Positions 9,628 through 22,178 of a stretch of 64,000 bases of DNA are shown here, piece after piece. The notes beneath the pieces are model-generated. The model did no database searches and was not told the origin of the DNA. It worked only from the letters and a program-made list of their open reading frames with translations. Location of the stretch: positions 1,120,001 through 1,184,000 of the forward strand of contig CAVQNG010000003.1 of the NCBI GenBank assembly GCA_963713825.1, in the 5' to 3' direction. This DNA is from an uncultured Acidobacteriota bacterium (GTDB taxonomy: Bacteria > Acidobacteriota > Thermoanaerobaculia > Multivoradales > JAHEKO01). A program made the translations under genes and the position numbers. Position 1 is the stretch's first letter; each line of letters starts with the position of its first letter.

Positions 9628-10212
9628 ATGATGCGACGAGTCTGGCTGAGTAGCGCTGTCGCGGGCCTGATGTTCTCAGGGCTCGCGCGGGCGTCCGAAA
9701 GCGGGGGAGAGGTGAACCTCTTCGCCGGTGATCTCGGCAACGCCATCTGGACCTTGGTGATCTTCATCCTGGTGATTGTCGTCCTCGGCAAGTTCGCCTG
9801 GGGTCCGCTTCTGAGTGCCCTGCAACAGAGGGAGCAGTTCATCCGCAGCTCGCTGCAGGAAGCGAAGGACGATCGCGAGGCCGCGGAGGCTCGGCTCCAG
9901 GAGTACGAGGCGAGATTGCAAAAGGCCACGGCCGAGGCAACGCAGATCGTCGAGCAGGGACGCCAGGATGCAGACAAGGCGAAGGGGCGTATCGAAGAGA
10001 CGGCGCGAACCGAGGCCGACAAGATGCTGGACCGTGCCAAACGGGAGATCGACCTGGCCAGGCAATCGGCCATCAAGGATCTCTACGCGACCAGCGCCGA
10101 GCTGGCGACCGACATCGCTGGGAAGGTGCTCAAACGGGAGATGTCCCCCAAGGACCACGAGCGCCTCATCCAGGAGTCCATCGAAGAGTTGAACCGACAG
10201 GATGGGAACTGA
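9628..10212 (+). CDS. atpF: ATP synthase Fo subunit b
   Basis: WTLVIF...LGKFAWGP...R followed by a coiled coil. Confidence 0.93.
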   Translation: MMRRVWLSSAVAGLMFSGLARASESGGEVNLFAGDLGNAIWTLVIFILVIVVLGKFAWGPLLSALQQREQFIRSSLQEAKDDREAAEARLQEYEARLQKATAEATQIVEQGRQDADKAKGRIEETARTEADKMLDRAKREIDLARQSAIKDLYATSAELATDIAGKVLKREMSPKDHERLIQESIEELNRQDGN

Positions 10213-10837
10213 CGTTGCCGTGAGCGACCAACTGAAGCCGAACGAGCAGGAGATCGCCCTGGCTCGCATCTATGCGCGGTCAGCGTTCAAGCTGGCCGAT
10301 GAGCAGGGTGCCGCCCAGAGCCTCGAGGACGAGCTCGAGGAGTTGGTGAAGCAGCTCGATCGCGAGCCGGCTCTGGAGAGGTTCCTGAGCTCTCCCCTGG
10401 TGGAGGTGAGTGAACGACAGCGGATGCTCGACCGTCTGTTGCAGGGGCATATGAGCGAGATCCTGCTGGATACCCTGCAGGTCATGAACAGGAAAGGTCG
10501 CTCGGGGCTGGTTCGGGCGTTGGCCGAGGCCTACCGGCAGGAGCTCGAGGAGCGCACCGGACGTGTGACGGTGAGCGTTCGAACGGCTGTTGCCCTGACC
10601 GAGAACCTGCGCCAGCAGTTGATGGAGGCGACGTCCCGGTTCTCCGGTCGCGAGGCCTCTCTGGTGGAGACCGTAGACCAGTCGCTCATCGGGGGCATGG
10701 TGCTCCTGGTCGGTGACCAGAAGGTCGATTCCAGCGTCGCCAAAGAGTTGCGACAACTCGAGACCCGGTTCCTGGACAGAGCATCACGGGAGAGCCAGAA
10801 CGACGAAGCCTATATTGTGGAATCGTCGAGTGAGTAG
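10202..10837 (+). CDS. atpH: ATP synthase F1 subunit delta (start may be GTG at 10220)
   Basis: ARIYARS, FLSSP, VDQSLIGG..L.VGD..VDSS. Confidence 0.93.
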   Translation: MGTDVAVSDQLKPNEQEIALARIYARSAFKLADEQGAAQSLEDELEELVKQLDREPALERFLSSPLVEVSERQRMLDRLLQGHMSEILLDTLQVMNRKGRSGLVRALAEAYRQELEERTGRVTVSVRTAVALTENLRQQLMEATSRFSGREASLVETVDQSLIGGMVLLVGDQKVDSSVAKELRQLETRFLDRASRESQNDEAYIVESSSE

Positions 10838-10877
10838 CGGGAGCCGGAGCTGTGTCAATTGAATCAGGGGTAACGCG

Positions 10878-12590
10878 ATGAAGTTCAAAGTAGACGAAAT
10901 CTCGTCTGTAATCACCGAAGAGATCCAAAACTTTCGACACGAGGTCGATCTCTCCGAAGTGGGCCGGGTGTTGGAAGTCGGCGACGGTATCGCGCGGGTC
11001 TATGGCTTGAGTAACGCCATGGCCGGCGAACAGGTGGAGTTCTCCAACGGACAGTTCGGCCAGGTCTTCAATTTGGAACAGAGCTCGGTCGGTGTGCCAA
11101 TCTTCGGTGAGTATCTGGATATCAAAGAGGGTAGCGAGGTTCGACGCACTGGGCAGTTACTGAGCGTGCCCTGTGGCGAGCCATTGATCGGGCGGGTGGT
11201 CGATCCACTCGGCCGGCCGCTCGATGGCAAGGGCGCCATCGAGACCGAGCATCGCCGCCCCCTGGAGTACAAGGCTCCAGGGATCGCAGCTCGCCAACCG
11301 GTGAACGAGCCGCTGCAGACCGGTCTCAAGGCCATCGACAGCATGATCCCCATCGGCCGTGGTCAGCGAGAGCTCATCATCGGTGACCGCCGCACAGGCA
11401 AGACCGCCGTTGCCATCGACACCATCATCAATCAGAAGGGTGGCAACGTGGTTTGCGTCTACGTCGCGGTTGGGCAGAAGGAATCGACGGTCGTCGGCGT
11501 GGTCGAGAAGTTGGCGGAGGCAGGTGCCATGGACTACACCATCGTGGTCTCGGCTTCCGCTGCGGATCCGGCCCCCCTGCAGTACATCGCTCCCTATGCC
11601 GGAGCGGCAATGGCCGAGTACTTCATGTACAACGAGGGACGTGCGACCCTGGTGGTTTACGACGATCTTTCAAAGCAGGCGCAGGCCTACCGGCAGCTGT
11701 CTCTACTGTTGCGTCGCCCACCGGGGCGTGAGGCCTATCCTGGTGACGTCTTCTACCTGCACTCGCGACTGCTCGAGCGGGCGGTGAAGCTGCGCGACGA
11801 GTTTGCCGTCGTTCCAGCCGACACACCGGACGATTCCATCGACCGCTCGTTGGCAGTCAAGCCGCCGGCAGGCGAGGAGTTGCCTGAAGAGTTTCGGCCA
11901 GACAACCCGCAGGGTCTCTACTTCCGTCCCGAGGGAAGAGAGCGCGCCGAGGCCTGGCTAGAGAGCCTGCCCGACAAGGACAGGTACCGTGTCCACAAGT
12001 TCCGTAACAGTGGCGGGTCGATGACCGCGCTGCCCATCATCGAGACCCTCGAGGGCGAAGTCTCGGCCTACATTCCCACCAACGTGATCTCCATCACCGA
12101 TGGTCAGATCTATCTCGAGCCCGACCTGTTCTTCGCCGGTGTTCGGCCGGCGGTGAATGTGGGCATCAGCGTGTCGCGAGTCGGTGGTAACGCTCAGGTC
12201 AAGGCAATGAAGAAGATCGCGGGCTCACTGCGGCTGGATCTGGCGGCATTTCGCGAGTTGGAAGCATTCTCCCAGTTGGGATCGGACTTGGACGCATCGA
12301 CGCAACGGCAGCTCGATCGTGGCTATCGCATGGTGGAACTGCTCAAGCAGCCGCAGTACGACCCCTTCCCGGTGGAAGAGCAGATCGTCAGCGTTTATGC
12401 CGGTGCCAAGGGATTCATGGATGACTTGCCGGTGAGCCGGGTTGGGGAGTTCGAGACCGGGTTGTTGCAGTACATCCGAGATCAGAAGCCGGAGATTCTG
12501 CAAGAGCTCATCGACACAGGCGTGATGTCGGACAGTGTCGCCGAGGCGATCGAGCAGGCCGCCATTGCTACGAAATCGAAAATGGGTTGA
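10878..12590 (+). CDS. atpA: ATP synthase F1 subunit alpha with an insertion of about 68 aa
   Basis: [52 protein letters not shown]. Confidence 0.98.
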   Translation: MKFKVDEISSVITEEIQNFRHEVDLSEVGRVLEVGDGIARVYGLSNAMAGEQVEFSNGQFGQVFNLEQSSVGVPIFGEYLDIKEGSEVRRTGQLLSVPCGEPLIGRVVDPLGRPLDGKGAIETEHRRPLEYKAPGIAARQPVNEPLQTGLKAIDSMIPIGRGQRELIIGDRRTGKTAVAIDTIINQKGGNVVCVYVAVGQKESTVVGVVEKLAEAGAMDYTIVVSASAADPAPLQYIAPYAGAAMAEYFMYNEGRATLVVYDDLSKQAQAYRQLSLLLRRPPGREAYPGDVFYLHSRLLERAVKLRDEFAVVPADTPDDSIDRSLAVKPPAGEELPEEFRPDNPQGLYFRPEGRERAEAWLESLPDKDRYRVHKFRNSGGSMTALPIIETLEGEVSAYIPTNVISITDGQIYLEPDLFFAGVRPAVNVGISVSRVGGNAQVKAMKKIAGSLRLDLAAFRELEAFSQLGSDLDASTQRQLDRGYRMVELLKQPQYDPFPVEEQIVSVYAGAKGFMDDLPVSRVGEFETGLLQYIRDQKPEILQELIDTGVMSDSVAEAIEQAAIATKSKMG

Positions 12591-12602
12591 GTCGAGTGAT
12601 CC

Positions 12603-14973
<2,371 letters not shown>

Positions 14974-14997
14974 CAGGACCCTGGAGCTCGAAATTTA

Positions 14998-15396
14998 ATG
15001 GCATCCTCCGAAACCTTCCACTGCAGTGTCGTTACCCCCGAGAGGGCGGTGCTGGAATGTGAGGCGAAGTTCGTCGCCTTGCCGGCGTGGGACGGCGAGG
15101 TCGGTATTCTCACCGGTCGCGCTCCGCTACTCTGCAAGCTCGGAATCGGTCGACTCAGGATCGAGGCCGCAGAAGGGAAGCACGTTCTCTTCGTGGACGG
15201 CGGCTTTGCCGAGATGCTCGACGGTCAGCTGACCATCCTCACCGAAGACGCGCGGGCGCCTGAAGAACTGGATCGACAGGCTGCCAGCTCGGACCTGGAT
15301 ACTGCTCGCTCCCTGACCGTCACAGACGACGCTTCCTTCGAAGCCCGTCAGAAGGCCATCCAGAGAGCCCGGACTCAGCTACGCCTGGCGGACTGA
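14998..15396 (+). CDS. atpC: ATP synthase F1 subunit epsilon
   Basis: VVTPER, GEVGIL, VDGGFAE and a C-terminal helix pair. Confidence 0.95.
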   Translation: MASSETFHCSVVTPERAVLECEAKFVALPAWDGEVGILTGRAPLLCKLGIGRLRIEAAEGKHVLFVDGGFAEMLDGQLTILTEDARAPEELDRQAASSDLDTARSLTVTDDASFEARQKAIQRARTQLRLAD

Positions 15397-15427
15397 GGGC
15401 AGGGCTACCGCGGAGGTAGGCCCGGTC

Positions 15428-16027
15428 ATGTCCTCCGAGTACGACCCGATTCGTCCAGCACCAGGTACGCCGGGGCAAGACCCGAGCCTGGACATCGTTC
15501 GGCAACACTTCGAGACCGCCGCGGGGCCCTACCTGGCCAGGCCCTGGTCGTGGTTGGTCTGGTCCCTCATTCTGCCCGCTGCCGCACTGCTGACGCCGGT
15601 GGTTCTCGAGACCTGGAATTGGCTCGGAGTTCTCTTCTTTTGGTCAGCCTGCGTCATCTTGGGAGGAGCGTTCGAGGCCTTTCAAATCATGAAAGGCAGG
15701 CGGGAGGGCGGTACCACGACGCTGGCTACCTGGGTGCTGCGTGCTCAGGGCAATCTCTCACTGGTGGCTCTACTCCTGTCGATCGTAGCTCTCTGGCAGG
15801 GACTAGCGTGGACGCTGCCAGGCCTGTGGCTGTTACTGCTGGGTCACTCGCTCTTCACGCTGGGTGGTCTCGCCAGCCACGCGATGCGCACTGCCGGCCG
15901 CCTCTATCAGGTCGGTGGCCTCCTGGCGCTGCTACCTCACGGGCAGGGGCTGCTTTGCTTCGCAGCCGCGACCTTCCTCGGCAACCTCTGGATCGCTCTG
16001 TCGATCTGGCGCCGAGAAAGGCCTTGA
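15428..16027 (+). CDS. Hypothetical integral membrane protein
   Basis: About six hydrophobic segments; GGAGG RBS. Confidence 0.7.
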   Translation: MSSEYDPIRPAPGTPGQDPSLDIVRQHFETAAGPYLARPWSWLVWSLILPAAALLTPVVLETWNWLGVLFFWSACVILGGAFEAFQIMKGRREGGTTTLATWVLRAQGNLSLVALLLSIVALWQGLAWTLPGLWLLLLGHSLFTLGGLASHAMRTAGRLYQVGGLLALLPHGQGLLCFAAATFLGNLWIALSIWRRERP

Positions 16028-16453
16028 GGGTTGAGGCGGCCGATCGAACCAGGGATCTCCCTCGTCTGCGGCCTCACCCGCTACGCCCTTAAGCCCCTAA
16101 GCCCCTACTACCCTCACCGGTGCCAGAGGTTCGTTCGGGTGGTTCGACAGTGGGTGCCGAGTCGAGCGCAGCGCAAGGGCCATCAAAGAGCGATACAGAT
16201 GGGGCGCGATGGCGAGACAAGGTGGCGGCCCGCCTGGATGTAGGGGAGGGGCTTGCCCCCTCCCGCGGGAGCCCGCAAGGGGCTCCCCTACAATGCCGAC
16301 GCCGTCCCCCTGTGAACCACCCGGACGGACCTTTACGAGAAGATCGTTGTCTGTTCAAGCCCCAAGCCCCCAAAGAACGCCCAGCGGAGAGCTGGGTGCC
16401 TCAAACCTCACTGCCTCAAAGACCGGCCGAAGGAACGCCGGACGCCTCACCCC
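16028..16453. repeat. Modular structured intergenic repeat, copy 2, containing an inverted REP doublet
   Basis: Homologous to 5220-5655; lies between convergent genes. Confidence 0.85.
16239..16292. repeat. Inverted doublet of GTAG-type REP sequences (REPIN-like)
   Basis: TGTAGGGGAGGGGCTTGCCCCCTCCC plus an inverted TGTAGGGGAGCCCCTTGCGGGCTCCC. Confidence 0.8.
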
Positions 16454-16472
16454 CCGACGGACGCGAACGAAG

Positions 16473-17156
16473 TTAGCGTTTGGAGTACTCGACTCGTGAC
16501 TTGCTGAGCAGGTCGCTCAGATAGGTGCCCTTGAGAGTCAGGACGAGGGGCAGGCCGAAGGTGACGACTGTGAGCAGTCCTGCCAGCCAGCGCCAGGCCG
16601 TCTGTCCGAAGCTCAAAGAGCGACCGCCGAGGCTCTTGGCCCGAAGGCCCTGCCAGGCCATTCCCGGCGTTCGGCCCCAAAAAGCCAGCGGGAAGACACA
16701 GTAGAGGAAAGAGAAAGTCGTCAAGAAGAGCGCCATCGGCGCCCAGGGTAGGGGAGTCAGAGCGACACCCATCAGGGCGACACAGACGACAGCCGAGACG
16801 GCGACAGCGAGTACGACCCCGAGGTCGGCGAGGCCAGCGACCAGGCGCGCTCGGGGGAGGTCCACATCGTCGATCTCTGGCTCGTTCTCTTTCTCGGGCG
16901 GGCCCTCGACCTTCTCTGGCTCGAGTCTCGGCTCTAGTGGGGAAGCCTCCCCCTCTGGCTCCTCCTGGAACAGCATTCGCAGCTCCTCGGATGGCCTGAC
17001 TGCGCTGGCGACCTTCTCTTCGGACGGCTTGGCGGGAGGAGTCTCGACTCTCGCGGGCTCAGAAGGAGTCACCACCCTCTTGGGCGGTTCCTCAGTGTGC
17101 AAGGGCAGGTCGTCGAAGAGGCCGGGATCGTCCGGTGTGCTCGGGCTGGAGCTCAT
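16473..17156 (-). CDS. RDD family membrane protein with acidic/Pro-rich N-terminus
   Basis: RLVAGLAD, GRTPGM..GLR, LSDLLSKSRV. Confidence 0.85.
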   Translation of the reverse strand: MSSSPSTPDDPGLFDDLPLHTEEPPKRVVTPSEPARVETPPAKPSEEKVASAVRPSEELRMLFQEEPEGEASPLEPRLEPEKVEGPPEKENEPEIDDVDLPRARLVAGLADLGVVLAVAVSAVVCVALMGVALTPLPWAPMALFLTTFSFLYCVFPLAFWGRTPGMAWQGLRAKSLGGRSLSFGQTAWRWLAGLLTVVTFGLPLVLTLKGTYLSDLLSKSRVEYSKR

Positions 17157-17157
17157 C

Positions 17158-19317
17158 TCAACGGAAGGGATGGTACTTCACGAAGACCCTGTAGAGCAGG
17201 TCCGAGGGTCGCTGCTTGTAGGCGGAGGCGAAGGCGGCGAGGCGCTGCAACTCGACATCGTCGGGCGCCAGGCCAAGCGCTTCTTCGAACTTCTCGAATG
17301 CGGTCACGGGATCGCCGCGCTGCAAATCACGAAGACCGAGATTGAAATAGCAATCGACCATCAGGCGGGTGATGTCCTTGTTGCCAGGGTGCTCTTCGCG
17401 CAGGCGCCAGAGGTTGGGTAGCGCGTACTCCCAGTCTCCTTGCCGGAAGAGCTTCAACGGCTCCTCGACGACTTCGAGCTGGGCGGTGATCTCGTCTCTC
17501 AAGGCCAGGTCGTCAGGCTCTAGCGGAGCGATTGCCTCCGCCGAATCCAGCAGAGCGGACGCCACGATGTTCTCGTTGTTTCCAAGCGCTTCGCGGACTG
17601 CCGCCAGGAGCTCGCCTTGGTAGACGAGCTCATCGTCTGTGGGCTCGACCGCCTCGCCTTCTGCGGCTTCGACAGCTCGCTCCTCCCACTGCGCGATCAG
17701 AGTCTGTGCCTGGGCATACTGGGGGTGATCGGGTGCCAGGCGGCGGAGCTGTGCTACGGCCAGGGCTGTATTGCCCGCTTCATGCAGCTGCGTGGCCTTC
17801 GTCAAGGGATCGGTTCTCTCGACAGGGACAGCCGTCTGCTCGGTTTCCGAATTTGGGAAGACCTGATCGCGTCGCGAGTACAGGTACCACCCGATTGCCA
17901 GAACCGCCAGCAGCACGAAGGCTCCGATCATCAGGAACTTGCGCTTACCGCCCGCCGCCCTGGACCGTCGGGCCGAGGCATCAGAGCTCGGTCTGGGAGC
18001 CATGTCGGCGTCAGGCAGCGGCGCCAGGTCGATTGGCTCTTCGGCGACCAGGGGATCCTCGCCACCCAGGCCATCGGCGACCGGCAGGTCCTCCAGGGCC
18101 GGAATCGGAGTGGCACCCGGCTCTGCCGCCGCGTCGGTCTCGCCTCCGTCGATCTTCTCGAGGTACTCGGTCGCACCGAGATGGCCCGCCTGCATCTCGA
18201 GGACTTTGTTGAATGCCTCGCGCGCGGCGTCGGCTTCGCCCGCCTCGAAGTGCGAGATTCCTTCGTGAAAGGCCTCCTCGATCTGGCGTTCGACCTCGGC
18301 TTTGAGCTTTCGGGCCAGCTCGATCCGTCGGCTGGCCTCGGCATGGTCGATATCGATCAGGAAGATCCTCGACCAGGCATCGATAGCCGATTGGTACTCG
18401 CCCTTCTCAAACGCGACCTGGCCTTCCTTGAGGAGGTCGTCGATTCTCTTCTCGCTGTCGGAATCGAGGCTGGCGGAGGGCTCGGAGTCCAACGGTCCAG
18501 GCGTCGGTTCGGGTTCGGCGACGATTGGGGCTGGTACGAAACTCTCTGGGGCGGCCGCAGGCTCGTCACTCGACTCGTCGAGCCAGTCCGCCGTTTCGTC
18601 GGTCACAAGAACGTCGGATGCCGGCTCCGCGATGACCGGCGGCACCACCTCTGTCGGCATCAGCTCGGACTCCAGAGCCAGGATTTCCGGGTGCGTCGAA
18701 TCCAGCTCGCGGGCCTTGCCAAGGAGGGATTGGGCCTTGTCGAGATCACCTCCCGTGTGGGCCTGGCGACTCGATTCGAGAAAGCTGCGCACATAGGGCT
18801 CGGCTTCGAGGCGCGCCTGCGCCGACGCGGCCACATCCCTCAGGTCGGAATCCGCCTCCACGGCCTCTTGGTTCTGCGCGACCAGTTCGAGAATCTGGCC
18901 GAACTGGCGCTGGGAGAAGAGCTCAGCGAAGGTCGAGGCCAGATCGATGGCGGGCTCAGAGACGACCTCGTCGTCCAGGTCCGGTAGCGTGAAATCTCGA
19001 ATGTCGTCTTCGACCTCAGACGCAGCGGGCTCGGAGCTCTCTTCGACCTCTCCTCCGAGTGGCGGCAGGTCCGCATCGAGTGGCGAGGCCGCAAGGGCGA
19101 CGAGATCCTCGATAGCCACATCTGTCCCGCTCTCCTTGAGACGGCCCTGGAGCTTACGGGCCGGTTCGAAGAGCGGATCGAGACGCAAGATGAAATCGCA
19201 TCCCAGCATCGCTTCCTGCACATTGCCCTCTTCGACCAGGGCGATGGTCTGCTGGAAGGTATTGAGGATGCGGTTCTGGATTTCTTGCGAGAGCTTGGCG
19301 TTTCCGGCGTAGCTCAT
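17158..19317 (-). CDS. Tetratricopeptide repeat membrane protein
   Basis: Multiple TPR-like helices (GEYQSAIDAWSRIFLIDIDH, FEKFEEALGLAPDD) and a central TM segment. Confidence 0.8.
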   Translation of the reverse strand: MSYAGNAKLSQEIQNRILNTFQQTIALVEEGNVQEAMLGCDFILRLDPLFEPARKLQGRLKESGTDVAIEDLVALAASPLDADLPPLGGEVEESSEPAASEVEDDIRDFTLPDLDDEVVSEPAIDLASTFAELFSQRQFGQILELVAQNQEAVEADSDLRDVAASAQARLEAEPYVRSFLESSRQAHTGGDLDKAQSLLGKARELDSTHPEILALESELMPTEVVPPVIAEPASDVLVTDETADWLDESSDEPAAAPESFVPAPIVAEPEPTPGPLDSEPSASLDSDSEKRIDDLLKEGQVAFEKGEYQSAIDAWSRIFLIDIDHAEASRRIELARKLKAEVERQIEEAFHEGISHFEAGEADAAREAFNKVLEMQAGHLGATEYLEKIDGGETDAAAEPGATPIPALEDLPVADGLGGEDPLVAEEPIDLAPLPDADMAPRPSSDASARRSRAAGGKRKFLMIGAFVLLAVLAIGWYLYSRRDQVFPNSETEQTAVPVERTDPLTKATQLHEAGNTALAVAQLRRLAPDHPQYAQAQTLIAQWEERAVEAAEGEAVEPTDDELVYQGELLAAVREALGNNENIVASALLDSAEAIAPLEPDDLALRDEITAQLEVVEEPLKLFRQGDWEYALPNLWRLREEHPGNKDITRLMVDCYFNLGLRDLQRGDPVTAFEKFEEALGLAPDDVELQRLAAFASAYKQRPSDLLYRVFVKYHPFR

Positions 19318-19432
19318 ATTCGAGATCTGAAAGGAGGAGTGTTACAAGTGATTGAATGTGCGAATGTTAGCAGATGGCCAGATGCGCATCCAATCATGGC
19401 TGTGGCAGATTTCGCAGTGCCGATTCGGTGCT

Positions 19433-20845
19433 TCAAGTGCCTTTCAGACCGGCGAGCAGCCGTGGTGGAAGGTCGTCGAACTTGCCCGATGACATGGTGA
19501 CCAGCACGTCACCTGGACGGGCTTCCCCGAGGACCTTGGCCAGAAGCTCTTGATTGCTGGTCGTGCAGGTGGTCTCAACGCCCCGGTCCGAGAGCGTTGC
19601 CGCCAGCGCCTCGATATCGAGGCGCTCTTCGGAGCTCAGGCGCTGGGCGTGGAAGATCGGTGCCAGAAAAATGCGATCGGCGTCGCGGAAGGCGTCCAGA
19701 TAGGCCTCAAAGAAGAAGCTGCGCCCGGCCGTCAGGGAGCGGGGCTCGAACGCAACCACGATGCGACGCTCAGGGAATTGAGCACGCAGGGCCGCGATGG
19801 TCTTGCCGACTGCGGTCGGGTGGTGGGCGAAGTCGTCGATTACGGTGATTCCGGCGTGTGAGCCGACCTCATCCAGTCTCCGTTTGATGCCCTGAAAGCG
19901 GGCGAAGGCGTCTGCCACCGCGTGTGGGTCCAGCCCGTCCCGCCGTGCGACCGCCCAAACCGCCAGGAGATTGCAGACGTTGTGGAGGCCGCTCATCGGT
20001 AGGTGGAACTCGATCTCGCCGAACTCTGGGTCCTGCACGGCAAAGCGGCTACCCTCCGGGCCCGAGGTCACCGGTCCGGCAGGGCGAAGATCGTTGTGGT
20101 CTTCGAGGCCATAGAAGACAACTGGACAACGGGCCTTCGCTGCCACCTTTCGAACCTCGGGCGAATCGCCACAGGCCACGACGAGACCGTCCTCCGGTGG
20201 TAGTGCAACGTACGCTTCGTAGGCGGCGAGAAGCGATTCAGGATCCGGGTAGAGGTCGGCGTGGTCATACTCGACGCTGGTGAGGATGGCGGTTTCTGGC
20301 CGGTAGTGGAGGAACTTTGCACCACGGTCGAAGTAGGCGGCGTTGTACTCATCGCCCTCGATGATGAATCGTTGGCCGGTTCCCTGATGGAAGCTCCGAC
20401 CGAGATTGCGCGGCACTCCGCCAACCAGGAACCCGGGGTCTTCGCCGCAGGCTGTGTAGATCCAAGAGGCCATCGAAGTGGTCGTTGTCTTGCCGTGGGT
20501 GCCGGCGACGACCAGGGGCAGGCGCGGCATGAGGAAGAAGCGGCTCAGTGCCTGGGGCATGGAAATGCGTTCGATTCCCAGGCGCTCCGTCTCGAGTGCT
20601 TGTGGATTGTGCCGCGGCACGGCGTTTCCCACCACGACCAGGTCGGGAATCGGGTCGAGGTGAGCGATGTCGAAGCCCACCATGGGCTCGATACCCGCCG
20701 CGTTCAGCAGCGTGCTCATGGGAGGATAGAGGGGGTTGTCAGATCCCCGCACCTGATGACCCATCTCCTGGAGAAGACAGGCGAGGGGCGCCATCCCCGT
20801 TCCCCCGATGGCGATGAAGTGGATGTCGAGAGGTTGTTCGGTCAC
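19433..20845 (-). CDS. mpl: Murein peptide ligase (Mpl/MurC family)
   Basis: IHFIAIGGTGM, AGTHGKTTT, EGDEY..AYFD..KF, DDFAHHPTA, FEPRS. Confidence 0.9.
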   Translation of the reverse strand: MTEQPLDIHFIAIGGTGMAPLACLLQEMGHQVRGSDNPLYPPMSTLLNAAGIEPMVGFDIAHLDPIPDLVVVGNAVPRHNPQALETERLGIERISMPQALSRFFLMPRLPLVVAGTHGKTTTTSMASWIYTACGEDPGFLVGGVPRNLGRSFHQGTGQRFIIEGDEYNAAYFDRGAKFLHYRPETAILTSVEYDHADLYPDPESLLAAYEAYVALPPEDGLVVACGDSPEVRKVAAKARCPVVFYGLEDHNDLRPAGPVTSGPEGSRFAVQDPEFGEIEFHLPMSGLHNVCNLLAVWAVARRDGLDPHAVADAFARFQGIKRRLDEVGSHAGITVIDDFAHHPTAVGKTIAALRAQFPERRIVVAFEPRSLTAGRSFFFEAYLDAFRDADRIFLAPIFHAQRLSSEERLDIEALAATLSDRGVETTCTTSNQELLAKVLGEARPGDVLVTMSSGKFDDLPPRLLAGLKGT

Positions 20846-21016
20846 GAGCGTTCGATCAAGAGGATGGCGCAGTATAGCATCGGAATTTGGCCCGCTGGGC
20901 GACCGTGGCAGCGGATGTGGAGTCCTGCCTTGGCCGCGGCCGGGGGCGGGTGTAGCATGGGCCCCCAGTTGCTTCCACCCCGAGGCTCACACCCAGGATC
21001 TACGAGGTATCGGAAC

Positions 21017-22039
21017 ATGCGATTTTCATCACTCGAGAAAACTTTGATTCCCATTCTTCTCGCGCTGCTTTGGATGACAGCGCTAGCGCCGGACAGGGCG
21101 GTGGCGCAGCCCGGTGCCGTATTTCCAGAGACGGTGATCGATGTCGGGGCCGTCAACAAGGGCGAGCGAGCCTCCTACGAGTTCACCATTCAGAACGAGG
21201 GCGACCAGACGCTCCAGATCACCCAGGTCAAGCCGAGTTGTGGCTGCACCGTTGCCGAGTACGACAAGACCATTCCACCAGGTGGGACGGGGAAAATCAC
21301 TGCGGTGGTCGATACCTCGAACTTCAAAGGGGCGATTGCCAAGTCCGTCAAGGTCTTTACCAACGACCCCATCAACCCCCAGATCAACCTGGTGATCAAG
21401 GCCATCATCAAGACCCATGTCGAGATCGAGCCCGGGTATGCACGGTTCATAGCGGTCCACGGCGAGCCCAATGCCAAGAGTGTTCAACGAGTGTGGTCGA
21501 AAGAGAAGCCCGATCTGAAGATTCTGGATGCCAAGTCACCCTACCCCCACGTCAAGGTCTCCTACGCCGAGGCGACGGTCGATGAGCGCGAGGGCGGGGT
21601 TTCGGGAAGCCAGTGGCGGGTCACCGTTGAGCTCGACACCGACGCCCCTGTCGGACCGATGGCTGATTACATCGACGTGACCACCGACCACCCGGAGCGC
21701 CAGACGATTCGAATTCCCGTCTCCGGCTTCGTGCGGCCGGTCCTTTCCGTGACTCCGCGGGTGGCCGACTTCGGTAGGCGGGAAGTCTCCGAGCCCCAGA
21801 CCGCCAGCCTCGAGATTCGCAACATGAGCAAGTCGGCCGTCGAGCTCGCCGAGGTTTCGACCGACATCGAGGGCATCCAGGCGGAGATCGAGCCACTCGA
21901 GGAAGGCAGGCTCTACAAGGTGTTGCTGACCCTCGAGCCCGGCATGAAGAAGGGTAGGTTCAGGGGCCTCGTCACCATCAACACCACCAGCAGCAAGCAG
22001 CCGGTGTTGGAAGTGAACGTGAAGGGCGTGGTTCTCTGA
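21017..22039 (+). CDS. DUF1573 domain-containing secreted protein
   Basis: Signal peptide; N.G...L.I..VKPSCGCT motif; repeated Ig-like modules. Confidence 0.85.
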   Translation: MRFSSLEKTLIPILLALLWMTALAPDRAVAQPGAVFPETVIDVGAVNKGERASYEFTIQNEGDQTLQITQVKPSCGCTVAEYDKTIPPGGTGKITAVVDTSNFKGAIAKSVKVFTNDPINPQINLVIKAIIKTHVEIEPGYARFIAVHGEPNAKSVQRVWSKEKPDLKILDAKSPYPHVKVSYAEATVDEREGGVSGSQWRVTVELDTDAPVGPMADYIDVTTDHPERQTIRIPVSGFVRPVLSVTPRVADFGRREVSEPQTASLEIRNMSKSAVELAEVSTDIEGIQAEIEPLEEGRLYKVLLTLEPGMKKGRFRGLVTINTTSSKQPVLEVNVKGVVL

Positions 22040-22042
22040 TTT

Positions 22043-22136
22043 GGGCGTAGGGGTGTAGGGGCGTAGGGGTGTAGGGGCGTAGGGTCTTGGGGTCGTGAGG
22101 GCGAGATCGATGTAGGGGCGGGGCTTGCCCCCGCCC
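22043..22136 (+). repeat. 8-bp tandem repeat (GGGGYGTA, about 5 copies) followed by a GTAG REP at 22111-22136
   Basis: GGGCGTAGGGGTGTAGGGGCGTAGGGGTGTAGGGGCGTAGGG; TGTAGGGGCGGGGCTTGCCCCCGCCC. Confidence 0.8.
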
Positions 22137-22178
22137 GCACTGTCTCATGGCATCTGACACTGGACGTACAATAACCAC

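Noticed and set aside
11802-12011. Intein in atpA
   Set aside because: No N-terminal Cys/Ser or terminal HN motif, too short, and located at a known variable loop.
22043-22100. Possible CRISPR array
   Set aside because: These are 8-bp tandem units without spacers; no 23-47 bp repeat-spacer pattern or cas gene was seen in the window.
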